DNA from: Marsupella aquatica
Taxonomy: Eukaryota > Plantae > Marchantiophyta
Assembly (NCBI GenBank): GCA_973895155.1
Contig: OZ316895.1
Location: 20,474,803 to 20,538,802, forward strand
Direction of reading: 5' to 3'
Length of the DNA stretch: 64,000 bases
Shown here: one piece after another, positions 1 to 13,007 of the stretch
Numbering within the stretch: position 1 is the stretch's first letter
Layout: each line of letters starts with the position of its first letter
The notes under the pieces: model-generated
Told to the model about the DNA's origin: nothing
The model's database searches: none
What the model saw: only the letters and a program-made list of their open reading frames with translations
Program-made: the position numbers and the translations under genes

Positions 1-706
1 TGTTCCTTCGTTCCTAACAAGGAACACATTACTGCGTGCAAACCAATCATATGGTAATGCTTTCATGCACATATCTGATTTGGCGCATATCTCCTTCGCA
101 GAGATTCTCTTGTAGTGAAGACATAGAACTAATGGAGTTTATATGCGGCGAAACACTGATAAAAATACTTTCAGCTCTGAACGCTAATCACGAATGACAT
201 CTTCAAACCCCTAATCAACACCATAATCTAAAAGACGACAGTCCCAACCCTTTGGAGCAAACCCATTGAGAGAACATCTGATTCAACGACTAACTCACAA
301 TGTATCATGAGTATTTCATAGATCACTGGTGAAAACGTCCATACACATCTCAATGCGTACAGTACACTGTAACTTAGCTCCCCGGCATCCTTACAGTTTA
401 TTCTCCAAAAATCACAAATTTGGCGTAATTACAATTCCCCTAATCTTGCGCAAGTCTTTCTCTTGGTTTACCTTAAAGGAATAAGTCGCTGTTGCAAAGG
501 TTGAACATTGACCCCAACTCTCATGTTTTTGGACCATGATGTGTTTACAGCAATGCCGGTCCGTAAGAAAAAGAATTAAGAATAGATGTCGCAAGACTCT
601 GATCACTTGTATAATACAGAATTGTACATTGGCCATCAAACTTGGATAGTGTGCTGGAGGCAACAATCGAGAAACTGACGAAAGATCATAAATAGGCCAC
701 CAAAGT

Positions 707-2890
707 TTACGGCTTGCGATTGATCATCTCACGGACCTCGTCCATAACTAGCCAAGCTTGATGACCACCTATAACCTCTGCCAGTCTTTCGCCATTTTTC
801 CATAACTGCAACACACAAGCCATAGAGATCATTCCAAATCAGCTCTTCTAGTTTACCGTGTTTTGGTACGCATGATTGTAGGTTTAGACAACATCAATCT
901 TAAGAAATCTGAAGGGTGATGCACAATTTAACCATCCAATCCAGAGCATGCAATAATCCACCTTTTTCCAATGCTTTCATCTCTCCCTAAATTGGAGCTC
1001 ACAAAGGACAAAGAAGACTTGCAAGCTATAAATTGACTACTGACCGAGCATCCAAGTGTCCCGCGACAGTGACAAAAGCAACACATCTGTGCAAAACAAC
1101 AGCTTTAGACTAGAGAAGCAAGTCTCCAAAAAAAAAGTCCAACGGCTATGTTACCTGAATTGTGGGCATTTTCTGATGGGTTGAATTGCATGGACATGGT
1201 CACAGAAACCAATTGAAGTCAGATCTTGTACTGTGAGGTGTGCTTTAAATCTCATTTTCAATATACTAAATTGCTAGTAGAAAAGAAAAAAAAATTCATC
1301 TCAAGTCAATTCTGAAAGCCACGGACGAAGACTACGAGTGAAGCTTCCCTGTTATGCAGCAAATACCAGGAACCTAAACAATTCAATCCATGCAAGGCAT
1401 GAGCATTACTGCATGTGATGTTTTGCTCACTTACAGTGACCTCCGCCCGCTTAACAAGAGCTTGAGGAACTTTGTTCACATCCACGTAATAAAACTTGAT
1501 ACTGCATCACCACATCCCACACTTAAAAATCGAAGGAAATGACCCAGCATAATTCAAAAAATGAATCACCAGAGTACACTAAGTTAAACCTTTATCACCG
1601 CACTAGAATAGAAACTCAGAATTTCATCTTTTCATTGAGATACTTAAGAATGTTGACGGATGTCTTCAACCGGCTTGAACACCAATCACATCAGATGCCG
1701 TGGTTCGGAAATCTGAGTCTCAGAAAGCAATCTCCACGTCATGATATTGTATGTGGGAGTGGTCCAAGTAATCACGGGTTGAAGAGTTGACTTACTTAGG
1801 ATGGTATTCAGCTGCAATCTTCTCCAGCTTCGGCTTCAAGTAGATGCATTTACGACACCACTGAGCCAGCCTATCAACGTAACGCACAACTCAAAACTGT
1901 TAGCCGTGCGAATTTTTTCTACCCATCTTAAATCTTTCGCAAGCCACGGCATATACTAAAGACGCGGTCAACATTCCGTACCCTCTAGCCAACCCCGCTT
2001 GCTTTTAGGAGCCAAAAATGAAGAAGCGAATCCCGCAATCCTTATCTGTATTCAGTTGAAGAGATTTCTGTAATGAGCATTTGATACCAATGCTGAACTC
2101 AAATTCTCATCCAATCTTGCTACCAAAATTCTCACATTTCCTTCCAGCTATTGAGCAATTATTGCCCAACTTGCGTAAAATGCAGAGAGTGCACACCGAC
2201 CATGAATTACTCCGTATCTAATAATTGGGGAGACGAAAATGTGACCGACCAGAAGAGAACTTAGTAACAGAGAGACAGAGACTCAACTGAAAGCCAAGTT
2301 CTGAGCGGGGATTGAGGAGAGAAAGTCATATTCCAAGATCGAGAGGATTACATTCAAGTACGTCTTCAATGTAGAAAAGCCCCAGAAGAGACCGAGTATA
2401 CAACGCGGCAGATATGGGGAGAAGGATAAGTTACGAGAGATTGCTAATGCGAGAAAGAAAAGAGCAAGCACCAGTCAATTACTATTGGTTGATTGCGCTC
2501 CATCGCCTCGTTCAACACCTGATCAAAGTGTGCTTCTCCTGTGATCAGCTCGAGAGGTAAAAAGCTGGGATTGGACGCTCCCACCCGCCCCACCGCCCCC
2601 ACGTGCATCGCCACTGATCTCCTCGTCAGCCCCAACTTCCCTTCTCTGATCCCCAACTCTACTCTGTCCCCGTCCAAATCGCTCCCCCTCGCCATCCACT
2701 GCCCACGGCGAGTCAATGGCAGCAACCTCCCAATTGATGATGATGCCACAGCACGTTGACTAGGATCCACTCTACTCCTCAAACGAATTGCTGAACAATC
2801 CCTCTCATTCCCAATCTTGCTGAAATCACTGGTGCTGGCGAGCTGGCCATGACTGCAGGAGAACCGCAATTCAGCTCCTAAGGTCCCCAT
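707..2890 (-). CDS. WCRKC: Thioredoxin-like protein, WCRKC type (thioredoxin-like 3), probably chloroplastic; 5 exons, about 225 aa
   Basis: Exons complement(2472-2890, 1796-1870, 1435-1501, 1155-1172, 707-805) all have GT-AG boundaries and join in frame (678 nt, TAA at 707-709). The product reads ...[93 protein letters not shown]. It has the WCRKC active site, a cis-Pro motif (MPT) and a Ser/Arg-rich N-terminal extension resembling a transit peptide. Confidence 0.93.
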
Positions 2891-3006
2891 TAATGACTAT
2901 TTCGTTCTTCGTCTGTTCCTCTTCGTCTTCTTCTTTGGTATCCCAAGCTGTCTGCCTTATTGTCAGCACATTATCCAATCCTACTCTGCCTGCCTCAATG
3001 TCAGCA

Positions 3007-3094
3007 CGATATGTAGGGGGAGGCAAGTTCTTCTTCTTCGTCTTCCTTTGCGATATGTAGGGGGAGGCAAGTTCTTCTTCTTCGTCTTCCTTTG
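3007..3094. repeat. Perfect 44-bp tandem duplication upstream of the thioredoxin gene
   Basis: cgatatgtagggggaggcaagttcttcttcttcgtcttcctttg occurs at 3007-3050 and 3051-3094. Confidence 0.9.
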
Positions 3095-4386
3095 TGGTAT
3101 CCCACAGTGCCGATTCTAAACGAGCACAATTGCAAAGTAGCTGACTTCACCTCTTCTTACCACCATCATCAATGGTATCCTAAGCTTGCCAACGTCGAGA
3201 AGGTCATCAGTCCAGAGCCCAATGCAGGGAAGCGGTACCTTTCTCCACCACCTTTGCCTCTGCTCTTCATTTGCTGAGCCATGTCGACGGTGAGTTGGTC
3301 TTGCAGCTGGGCGGACGGTGGGTCTGCACCAGTGCAAAGGCGGATGCAACTGCGAGTCCAAGGGCTGGAAATGCTGCCTGAAAATGTGGATAGCCGTCTG
3401 GAACGGACAATGCTGACTCTGATAATTGTGGATAGCTCAATCCACTTTCCAACTTGGGGTCGGTTGGACATCAGTGTGTGTTCACGAAGGCGGGAGTTGA
3501 GAGAAAGAGACTAGTAGGGGCTTTACAAGAACGTATAGGATAATGCAAGTCTAGTTTGGGTTTAATAGGTCTGGGGTTTCAAACGTTGGGTTCACAAACG
3601 TGTAACCCTGTCAGTGACCACAGAGTGAAAAACCTACCACAAAGTGAAAAAAAACCTACCCAGCTACAGTCTCCAGAAAGTGAAGAAAACCTGCCCAGTC
3701 ACACTACAATCTAGAAAGTTTTCCGAACTTCCTTGGAGCATGGTTCAGGCTAGAACCCTTGCCTATACATGCATTATAGTCTAGAACTTTTCTGAACTTC
3801 CTTGGGGGGTTCACACCAGAACCCTTGCCTATACATGCATTATAGTATGTAACTAGCCCCGACTATCCGTTCTTTGAACATGAATCGTGAAGAGAACAAT
3901 AAAAGAATTATCAAAATATATTTTCTATTCATATTCTTTGAAGATTAATGAAATGATTAAAAAAAACCCATCATTTTAATAGTCATATATAATATATCAT
4001 TCTCCTTGATGTGCACAGGGTTTTTGTATGCACATCCATGTTCTATGCACATATGTTGTGGTGGGGCCATACTACCTATATTTTTTTAATGTAAATATTT
4101 AAAAATTATCACATAAAATTGGCATGTACATACATCATAGTCATATCATAAGTTTTTCTCATGCACATGATGACCACAGACTTACGGTCTAGAGGCTTCA
4201 CTCTAGACCTAGCTTGTGAAAAGTAGGCTGCAATTCGCGCTTTATTAGTAAGATTTTTGTCCAAAAAAAAGTTAATTTTCAGGTGATAAATTATGGGAAT
4301 AGCAAGGGTAACCTGCCTTCCTTACAGAATTTACGGAAGGTCAAAAATTGATCAGTCACATGTGATTTGCCATACCACTAGCCTGA

Positions 4387-4717
4387 TGTTGAGCAAAGAT
4401 GACATTCACATGAACCATCCAACGCACAAATAGTCGACATAGAGAGATATGTGGTTCACCTCAACTGAGGTTACATTCTCGGGAACACACGAGAGCTTTA
4501 CCACACTCTAGGCCCGTCGGCCATACCAAGTCTCCGCAATACAAGATCCCCCTATCTCTCAACTGGCTCCGTAACAATGAGCCTGAGTTCCTACTATCCA
4601 AGCGCATACCCCTTGGGATATAGTGTGCAACCTAGTTAACCTAACCTAGTCTGCAACTAAGGTTAGCACTAACTAAGGTTATAGCCATAACCCTACACTA
4701 AGAGTAAATGCCTAACA
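4387..4717 (-). mobile_element. Solo LTR of a Ty1/copia family
   Basis: TGTT...AACA termini and a 5-bp TSD CCTGA (4382-4386, 4718-4722). It is homologous to the PBS-adjacent LTR at 17594-17941, which gives the orientation. Confidence 0.88.
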
Positions 4718-4863
4718 CCTGATTGTCAGTTACTTGAATGTGAATAGAGATTGGGAGAAGAGAACGTGAATAGAGATGGAGAGGAGAAAAGGAACTTAGT
4801 AGGAAAATTGATTTTTTGCCCCGTTCACCCTCACTTTGAGTTATGCTCTCATCCAGAGTGTAT

Positions 4864-5173
4864 TGTTGAGCAAAGACAACATTCACAACTAAATACCCAT
4901 GAACATCCAATGAACAAGTAATTGACAATTATAAGAGGGTATGTGTTTCACCTTAAGTGAGGCTATGTCCCCTGGAACACACAAGAGTTTTATTACACTC
5001 TAGGCCCATAGACCATACCAAGTCGGACTACACAAGCTCTCTTGATCTCTCAACTGGCTCCATAACAATGAGTCCGAGGTCGTTCTAACAAGCGTTTACC
5101 TACTTGTGTATATAGTGTGTAGCATAGTTACCGATGCAATTGTAACCCTAGATCTAAAAGTAAATGCCTAACC
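4864..5173 (-). mobile_element. Second, more degenerate solo LTR of the same family
   Basis: Begins tgttgagcaaagac and ends taaatgcctaac(c). It is colinear with 4387-4717; the TSD is degenerate. Confidence 0.75.
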
Positions 5174-5349
5174 TATACCCTCACTTTCAGTTATGCCCTC
5201 ACTTAGAGTTAGGGTCTAGAGGCTTCACTCTAGACAAAAGGCCCAAGAAATAACTTTCTAGTGCTTTGTTAATTAAACAAGCTTGAATGTCCATCCTTTG
5301 AATGTTAGTAGAAATGATGACAAAACTTATCATGCATGATTAGCATTTT

Positions 5350-5501
5350 ATTATTTTTTTATTATTATTTAATTATTTAATTTTTTTTAATTTTTAAACT
5401 GTGAAACCCCACAGAAAGGGAGGAGTCAGCCACAATAGTTGAACCCAAGATCTGTTAGTCTCTATTCAAGTGAGCTACCACAAAGTCATGCCTCTCTGGG
5501 T
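5350..5501 (-). mobile_element. tRNA-derived SINE
   Basis: The minus strand reads acccagagaggcaTGACTTTGTGGtag (A-box-like) ... GGGTTCAACT (B-box-like) ... then an A-rich tail. It is flanked by a 17-bp TSD with one mismatch, tgcatgat(t/c)agcatttt, at 5333-5349 and 5502-5518. Confidence 0.8.
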
Positions 5502-5860
5502 TGCATGATCAGCATTTTGACATACATAATATCACATCTTTGGTTCCATCCACATAGATTGGGGCGGGGCCCTAGAGTCATAGACTAGAGGCTTCACTCT
5601 AGAAACATAGACCCCTACTCTAGCTTCTCATCACTATTTGTTACATATATAGATACAGGTCCATTAGCCTCATGTCATTTACTATAGATGCCTGGTGACA
5701 AAAAAGTGGTCAGGTAGTGCATTTAATATATATTGTACAAAATGAGAAGAAATCCTTTCAAAATACTTCCACCCCAATTGGTGATCCAAACCTTGGCCAG
5801 AATTACACCGTCTATATAAACTTTTGAGAAATTGACAAGTTACTGGCGCTTACTTGCCTT

Positions 5861-6019
5861 CTTTGGCCTGCTGATTCCCCCCATGCGAGGGTTCACCTGG
5901 GGGAACAAAGTTTAGTTAGAAAAAGGATTTATAAAAGTCTTTGGCCTGCTGATCCCCCCCCCCCATAGAGGGTTCACCTGGGGGAATAAAGTTTAGTTAG
6001 AAAAAGGATTTATAAAAGT
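5861..6019. repeat. About 80-bp tandem duplication
   Basis: ctttggcctgctgat..ccc..gagggttcacctggggga..aaagtttagttagaaaaaggatttataaaagt occurs at 5861-5938 and 5939-6019. Confidence 0.85.
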
Positions 6020-6239
6020 GACCAGACGCTTGAGTAGTCACCAGGGTTTTATCATACCATACTGGTCCATTTTTAAAAAAATTCATGCAGATCGATTGAG
6101 ACTGCCTGCCACATGACAAAAAATGTCATCACGCAGTGCATTTAGTATGATAGAGAATCTCAAGGGTTTGATGTGGAATCCCACAAATCACCTAGGACAA
6201 TTTTAGGTCGGATACACCCTAAAACTCAAGAAAAAGTTT

Positions 6240-6340
6240 CTTTGAATTATTTTGCCCCTATAATTTTTTAATATTCTTGGAATTTTCCAAATTTTGGTTT
6301 TAAAAACACTATCTCTTCTTATAAGTCTCAAAATTAGATA
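6240..6340 (-). repeat. Dispersed AT-rich repeat (probable non-autonomous DNA element remnant)
   Basis: Its reverse complement (aattttgagacttataag...ttggaa.attccaa...ttatagggg) matches 14579-14650, the sequence flanking the first copia insertion. Confidence 0.55.
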
Positions 6341-7572
6341 TGAAATACTCTAGTTTTCTTAAACAACAAAATTTAGGTCTTCCCGTAGAACCAATGTGGT
6401 GTGTTGTCTTTGCAGAAGTGTGACCCCTGAGTACAAATAAGTTGTAGATTGCCCCGTGGACTGCTGGCACTGCTGGGTTTCTATTTGTCAATTAATTGTC
6501 AAACTCACATAATTATAAACCCCCCACTCTCACTCTCAATCTGTTCAAGATGACATTAACAAATTTTCAACTTCATTGTCTTATTATAGTGGATGGTCTT
6601 TGATCTTGTAATTCTATTTGTCAATGAAAATGAATTGCCAAACTTATTCTCAAATCACTCCCCCTTCCCAACCCCTCTAATTGTTTGACCCCTCTAGCTG
6701 CTCACCTGGCTGGTCCAAGGGCTGGTCACAAGTCACCCTCGGCCATCTGAGCTGACCACTGAGCCCCACCCAGGTGGTTCTTAATTCAAAATCTCATTGT
6801 TGATTATCTCAAACTAAGGAAAGCATCACACAAAACCCCATAAATCATAATGAGATTAATATTGCTTTTTACTAACTACACCTTTCCTTTGTATGCATTC
6901 TCAGGGCTTTGGATGTCAGAAAGTGCTTGGGCCATTGGATCTTTGAATCAAATATTGATGTTTATCCCAACACCAACTTTCATACTGACATTTATTTCTA
7001 TTAATGTTGCTTTTACCACGACAGAGGAAACTGAGTACCACTTAATTGTCATGTTAGTGAAAGGAGGTTGGGAACCTGCTATCACAGGTTAGAGAACTTG
7101 TGGTGACCTGCGCACATGTGCAGGTCACCACCCTTAGGGATAAGAGCCATCTTGCATGTGTGAGGTCCTTAGTTTTCCAGCACTCAACAGATGATGTTAA
7201 AATATTTACTGAGAATTTTGTGGAGGAACCTCCTCTTCAGGCAGGGCTTATGGCATACAAAGTGGAGAGCCAAGGGCAAAGGCCACAAACTTTCCGGCCC
7301 TTGAGGTCCAGTCCTTTAAAATCAGAATAAAACAGACAACACAGTCAAGAAATGACAAAAATACAAAAGAAAGGTGAAAAAAATAACTTGTGGACCTTTA
7401 CACATAGCAGGACAATTAAGAGGATTTAGTCCTGCAATTTTGGGAGAGGGAGTGGTAATGGCTACTTTTTTAGCCAGGACAGTCTACATGCAATTTGGCC
7501 CTAAGGTTGGCTATACATTAGCTACAGTCTGAGGTATATATTTGTGGACCAGAAGGGTACATGTAGAGCTTG

Positions 7573-7602
7573 GTGTGTGTGTGTGTTTGTGTGTGTGTGT
7601 GT
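7573..7602. repeat. (GT)n microsatellite
   Basis: About 15 GT units with one interruption. Confidence 0.9.
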
Positions 7603-8569
7603 CATGCTCCAAATTTTGTGTTGAGGGTGGAAATGGTTTAACAGTACTAGGGTGAGGTTCTATGGTATGCTGAAGGGTGATTATGTCCAACAGGTCTCAA
7701 GTTCTATACTTGACCAAACAGTTCTGCTCGAGTTTTAGAATTGATTTCTATCGCAAACTACCTCAAGTGGGTTTAATGCAAAATTAATGCTCCTAACTAT
7801 CTTGGACAATGTATTACACACACCTCAGGCACTTGTTGCTGCATTTACAAAAACATGACCTCAAGGGGTCACAAAAAACTGTTGGAACCTCAGGGGTTTC
7901 ACTTGCACAAAAATAGCATCACGTGCGACGAAATATAGGATCATTTTATTGGTTCAAAGGGAAGACTTAAGAGTTTTTTGAGAAGAACAATAGGGTCTTT
8001 TATGTTGAACTATGACATCTTCCTTCATGACGATCCAATCATTATTCATTCCATGTACACGTAGTCGACACAATCTCTACGTGGTTCACCTCTTCTCCAA
8101 TGCTACATCCACGCAAACACTCAAGCTTTACTTCAAGAGTAGACAAACACACTTGCTCTCCCTCTTCCTCAAGTTGCTCTGTTATAATGAGTAAGCACAA
8201 CACACCAGCGGCTTACACTAGCCCTGGTATATACAAGGTCACACATGACTAACCTAACCTCAGCTAAGACCCTAATTGTGGTTAGCTTAAGTATCATAAC
8301 CTAGCTATGAGTCACAAGACTAAGAGCAATCCTTAACAAAATCCCCCTTGACTCTAGTCTTTGGGACTGCAATTTTTGCTATCCATATGAGATACTCAGC
8401 GGGAAATTCTAGACAATCACCTAAAACCATAAGTGTCCCCCTAAAAACCATTTAAGGTTAACTAAGGGTTAACTAGAATTAAGTCATAGCCTTAACAGGA
8501 TTGAGTAACCCATATACAAAAATTACATATTGTTAAGTTACTCTACTAGTGCTGCAAATGCAAAACTTG

Positions 8570-11500
8570 CAACGTAGCACGGTGTCTTGAGTAACTCTCC
8601 AAATGAATCGTTTTGGTAAAAGCATTAGCCGGGTTGAGCTTTCCATCAATCTTGACTAGCTCAAATATTTTATCAGACACTGCTTGCCTATAAAATGGTA
8701 CTTGATGTCAATGTACTTCACCCTGCTATCCATAACCTGGTTAATAGCCCGGTTAATAGCTAGGTGAAGCGCACTCTGGCTGTCACAATGAAGAGCCATT
8801 TTTCCATGCTTCAATCCCATCTCAGTGACCAGCTTATCCAACCAAATTGATTTCTTTGCTGCTTCTGCTATTGCAACATATTCTGCTTCTGTAGTAGACT
8901 GAGATACACACTTCTACAAAGTAGATCTCCAACTTATGCATCCTTCTCCAAGAGTAAAGTAACACATACCCAATCGTTGACCTTCTTGTTTCCAGACAGC
9001 CTCCATAGTCAGAATCTACATAGCCAACCAAAGATTTGGTTTTGTTTGATCTACTTTCAAATAACAGACCATATGTAGTCTATTGTGCCCTTAAAATACC
9101 TGAGAATCCATTTCACAGCCTCCCAGTATACCTTCCCTAGATTGGACAGGAATCTACTCACTTTGCCCATTGCTAGGGCTAGATCAGGCCTGGTACACAT
9201 CATCAAATACATTAGACTGCCCACTGCCTTCTCATATGGAACCTTAGTCATCAAGCCTCTCTCCACTAGATCCGTGGGGCAGAAAGCCAATAATAACTTA
9301 AAATGTGGAGCCAAATGAATACTTACTGGCTTACAATTCTCCATATTGAATCTTGCAAGTACCTTTTAGCATACTTGCCTTGATTCAGCCACAATTGTCC
9401 AATGTCAAAGTTCCTCGTAATCTCCATACCAAAGATCCTTTTAGCTTTCTCAAGATCCTTCATTCGGAATTCAGAACTCAGTTTCGCTTTGAGTTTGTCA
9501 ACCTCAAATTGATCCTTAGCCGCAATCAACATGTCATCCACATAGAGTACCCGAATGAGTAAACCAAACACACCATTCTTGACTGATTTCGTATACACAC
9601 AAGAATTATACACCATCCTAGTGAATCCTTGTGCAAACATGAAATCATCAAATTGCTTGTTCCATTGCCGAGGAGCTTGCTTCAATCCATACAAGACTTA
9701 AGCAACCTGTAAACTAAACTCTCTTAGTTGGCCCTTCTTCACAAAGCCCAGTGGTTGCCTCATGAAAATTTGTTCCTCCAAGGTGCCATAGAGAAAAGCA
9801 GTAACAATGTTCATCCATTTGATCTAACACCAGATCAAAAAACACAATAAGTTGACACAAAATTTGTATCGTGGAATACTTGACAACTGATGAGAAGACT
9901 TCATTGTAATCCACTCCTTTCTCCTGAGTGAATCCCTTAGCAACAAGCCTTGCCTTGTATATCTTGTCTCCTCCTTCTGAAGAGTTGTCCTTCAGCTTGT
10001 AAATTCATTTGCTATCCACCACTTGTTGATCATTTGGCAGTTGCACTAGCTCCCATGTTTTGTTGTCATTTAAAGATTGCATTTGTCTCTACATTGCTGC
10101 ATTCTATTCATCATTTTTGTCTGAAATGCACGCATCATGATATGAAGAAGGTTCTTCTTCTTCCAAGATCAGTGCCTTGTCATCATCATCAGGTGCAATG
10201 TCAACATCGTCTAGCCTTGATGAATTTGTCCATTGTCCATACTTGATAGGAGCTCTAGTAGAACGGCTGGAAGTTCTTCTAGTAGATGATTCAAGCTGAT
10301 CTTCTATTGCTGCTGGCTAAATTTGAGGTACACCAATATCAATCTGCTCCTCTTGTTCCATCACAGGAACTAGCTCCATACCCGGAGCATCTTTTTCTCT
10401 CCTGTCATGAACATCATCATGACTTATCTCCCCCCAACTGGGTTTGGGATAGGAGATTTTTCCTTGTCAGTATGGAACCCCTGAGAACTCTCCCCGTCCT
10501 TTGATGATCTGGATTCATTAAAGGAAATATCTTTACTGACAATTAATTTAGAGGTTACTGGATCCCATAACCTATAACCTTTTACACCTTTATGATATCC
10601 AAGAAAAATGCACTTCCTTGACTTGGACTCCAACTTAGACCAAGCTAGGAAGGTGTAATCACATAAGCATCACATCCAAAAACCTTGAGATGTGAATAAT
10701 CCGTTTGACGTTCGTACCTCATTTCAAATGGCGTCTTGAATCCAATTGCATTGGATGGAGAGAAATTTACCAAATAAGCTGCAGTGTTGATAGCTTCAAC
10801 CCAAAATTCATGTGGTAAACATGATTGGCTCAACATACTCCTCGAGTGCTCCAACAGTGTTTGGTTGAGCCTCTCAGAAACACTATTTTGCTGAGGAGTA
10901 TAACTTATTATGAGATGATGTGTAATCCCTTGCTCTTTACAATACATTCCAAATTTACCAGAACCGTATTCACCACCGTTATCCGATTGAAAATGTCTTA
11001 CCTTATTACCAGTCTGATTCTCAACTTGGATTTTCCACTCCTTAAAAGTGGCAAAAATATCAGACTTATTGTGTATAAAGTATATCCACACATGCCTTGA
11101 GTAATCGTCAATGAACGTGACATAGTAAACTCTTCTAGAATGTGAGGGAGTAGGGGCTAGTACGTCCCCACACATCACTATGTACATACTCAAGTACCTT
11201 CTTGCTGGTGTAAGTCCGGCCTCCGAAGGGTTTCCTGTGTTGCCTTCCAAGCACACAATGTTCACAAAAATCTAACTTATAAAATTGCAAATTAGAAAGT
11301 AATCACTTCTTTTGAAAAATAGCGAAACCTTTTTCACTCATGTGAACCAATCTGAAGTGCCACAGCCGGGCGGTTTCCTCATGAGATAAGGTTACATTGG
11401 CTTCATCATAGACTACATTGCCCTCCAAAACATATAGATTTTTCTGTCTCTTTCCCTTCAAAACAACCTTAGTACCAGTTGAAACCTAAAGGATACCATT

Positions 11501-13007
11501 AGCAGAACTCCACCGATGACCATTTTCTTCTAACACTCCAAGTAAAATGAGATTTTTCATCATGCTGAGAATATGTCTCACATTCCTTAACGTTCTCACA
11601 ACACCATCAAACATCTAAAATCTCATAGATCCAAGTCCAACAACTTGATATGGGATTCCATTTCCCATCAACACTGAACCATTAGAGATCGTGTAAGAAT
11701 AGAAAAGATCTCTCCTATAGCAAATATCAATAGTTTCACTAATTCTGGAATATTATTAACGATTTGGAAATTTCATAACAACTTTTTGGAAATTTAAATC
11801 AAGTAAATCGTAGATAAATATGAGACTTATCAATATCATATTTGAAATTTTTTGATCAAGATATATGAAGCTTAACAAGCTACTCCTAATAAATCTATGC
11901 CTAACATACAATGTACTCTAGAACTCAAGTTATAGGGAAAAGAATAATTGGTGTTGGAAATTTTATGATAAAAAATTGGACAAAAGAATGTCCAGAGTTA
12001 GTGAAATCACTGATAAATGTGAAAGGTACATGCACTATCTAGTATCCAGTCATCATCACCTGGATGTGACACTACGTTGAGAGCAAAACCTCGGCATCAT
12101 AAGATGTCATCATTGAGCAAGTCGATCATATCAACATCAGTCATATCAACATCAGTGGCTGTGTTCGCTGATGGTTGATGAGTCTGCTTGACTCGACAGT
12201 CTCTTTTTATGTGGCCAGTCTTGCCATATTTCCAGCATGTAATCGGTTTCCTTTCTAGAGATTTCTCTCTAGACCTAGATCTGGACTTAGACCTAGCCTT
12301 GTCCTTGCCTCTATTTTGTTAAGGGTATGATTGTGAAAAAGATCTATTTTCTCGAGTCATCCGTAGGCGAGTCCTCCCACGGTTCACATTCATAGTAATG
12401 TCGGATGAAGATGGTGTCTGGGCATGACCCAATTTCATCTTTTCATGACAGCAAAGAGCTTATCACCTCATCATATAAAATGGATTTCATGTCTCTATAC
12501 AAGAGAACTTGCTTCAAACCCTGATACGATGGGGGTAAGGAGCTGAGAAGAAGCAAGGCCTTATCTTCATCTTCCACTCCCTTGCCAAGATTTGACAAAT
12601 CCACAACTAAGCTGTCAAATTCATCCAAGTGATCTTGAAGCTTGTCTTCTTTTTTTAGCTTCAAGCTCATCAAGAGAGACTTCTTGTACAACCGATCTGA
12701 GACATCTTCGCGGTAGTACTTCTCTCTAAGGGCCTTGAACAAGGATACACAATCCTTGTAGTTATCCAACTTCTTAATGATATGCGGCTTCAGATACGAC
12801 ATCACTGCATTAACATCAATCACTTGCTCCTGCCTCCATTTCCTCAACGGGATCTCCTCCTCACTGCTAGACTCATCCCGAGTAGATAGTAGGTGATCTA
12901 GGCCCATAGCACGAAGAATTCGCTTGACTTGCTTCTCCCATAGCAAGTAATCCATGCACCCATCATACTTTTCCACCTCAAATTTGATACCTCCAAACTT
13001 GGATGCC
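8570..13007 (-). pseudogene. Disrupted copia gag-pol polyprotein
   Basis: Fragments include gag KFEVEKYDG...LLLLSSLPPSY (12443-13007), protease WILDSACTFH (about 12020-12048), integrase YYVTFIDDYSR/SDNGGEY/TPQQN (10645-11265), RT YGLKQAPRQW/LYVDDMLI (9323-9694) and RNase H GYVDSDYGG/LHCDSQSA (8656-9031). They are separated by stops, frameshifts and an insertion. Confidence 0.93.
11726..12014. mobile_element. 289-bp MITE-like TIR element nested in the copia protease region
   Basis: Imperfect 24-bp TIRs atcaatagtttcactaattctgga / tccagagttagtgaaatcactgat, with AAAT duplicated at 11722-11725 and 12015-12018. Removing the element restores the frame ...ACTFHICYRRDLF. Confidence 0.85.

Noticed and set aside
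3092-3514. Divergent gene upstream of the thioredoxin
   Set aside because: There are only short ORFs in several frames, with no motif or consistent exon structure.
5690-6160. Helitron 5' ends (minus-strand tctatcatactaaatgcact-like motif, twice)
   Set aside because: Suggestive only; no matching 3' hairpin-CTRR end could be paired with them.
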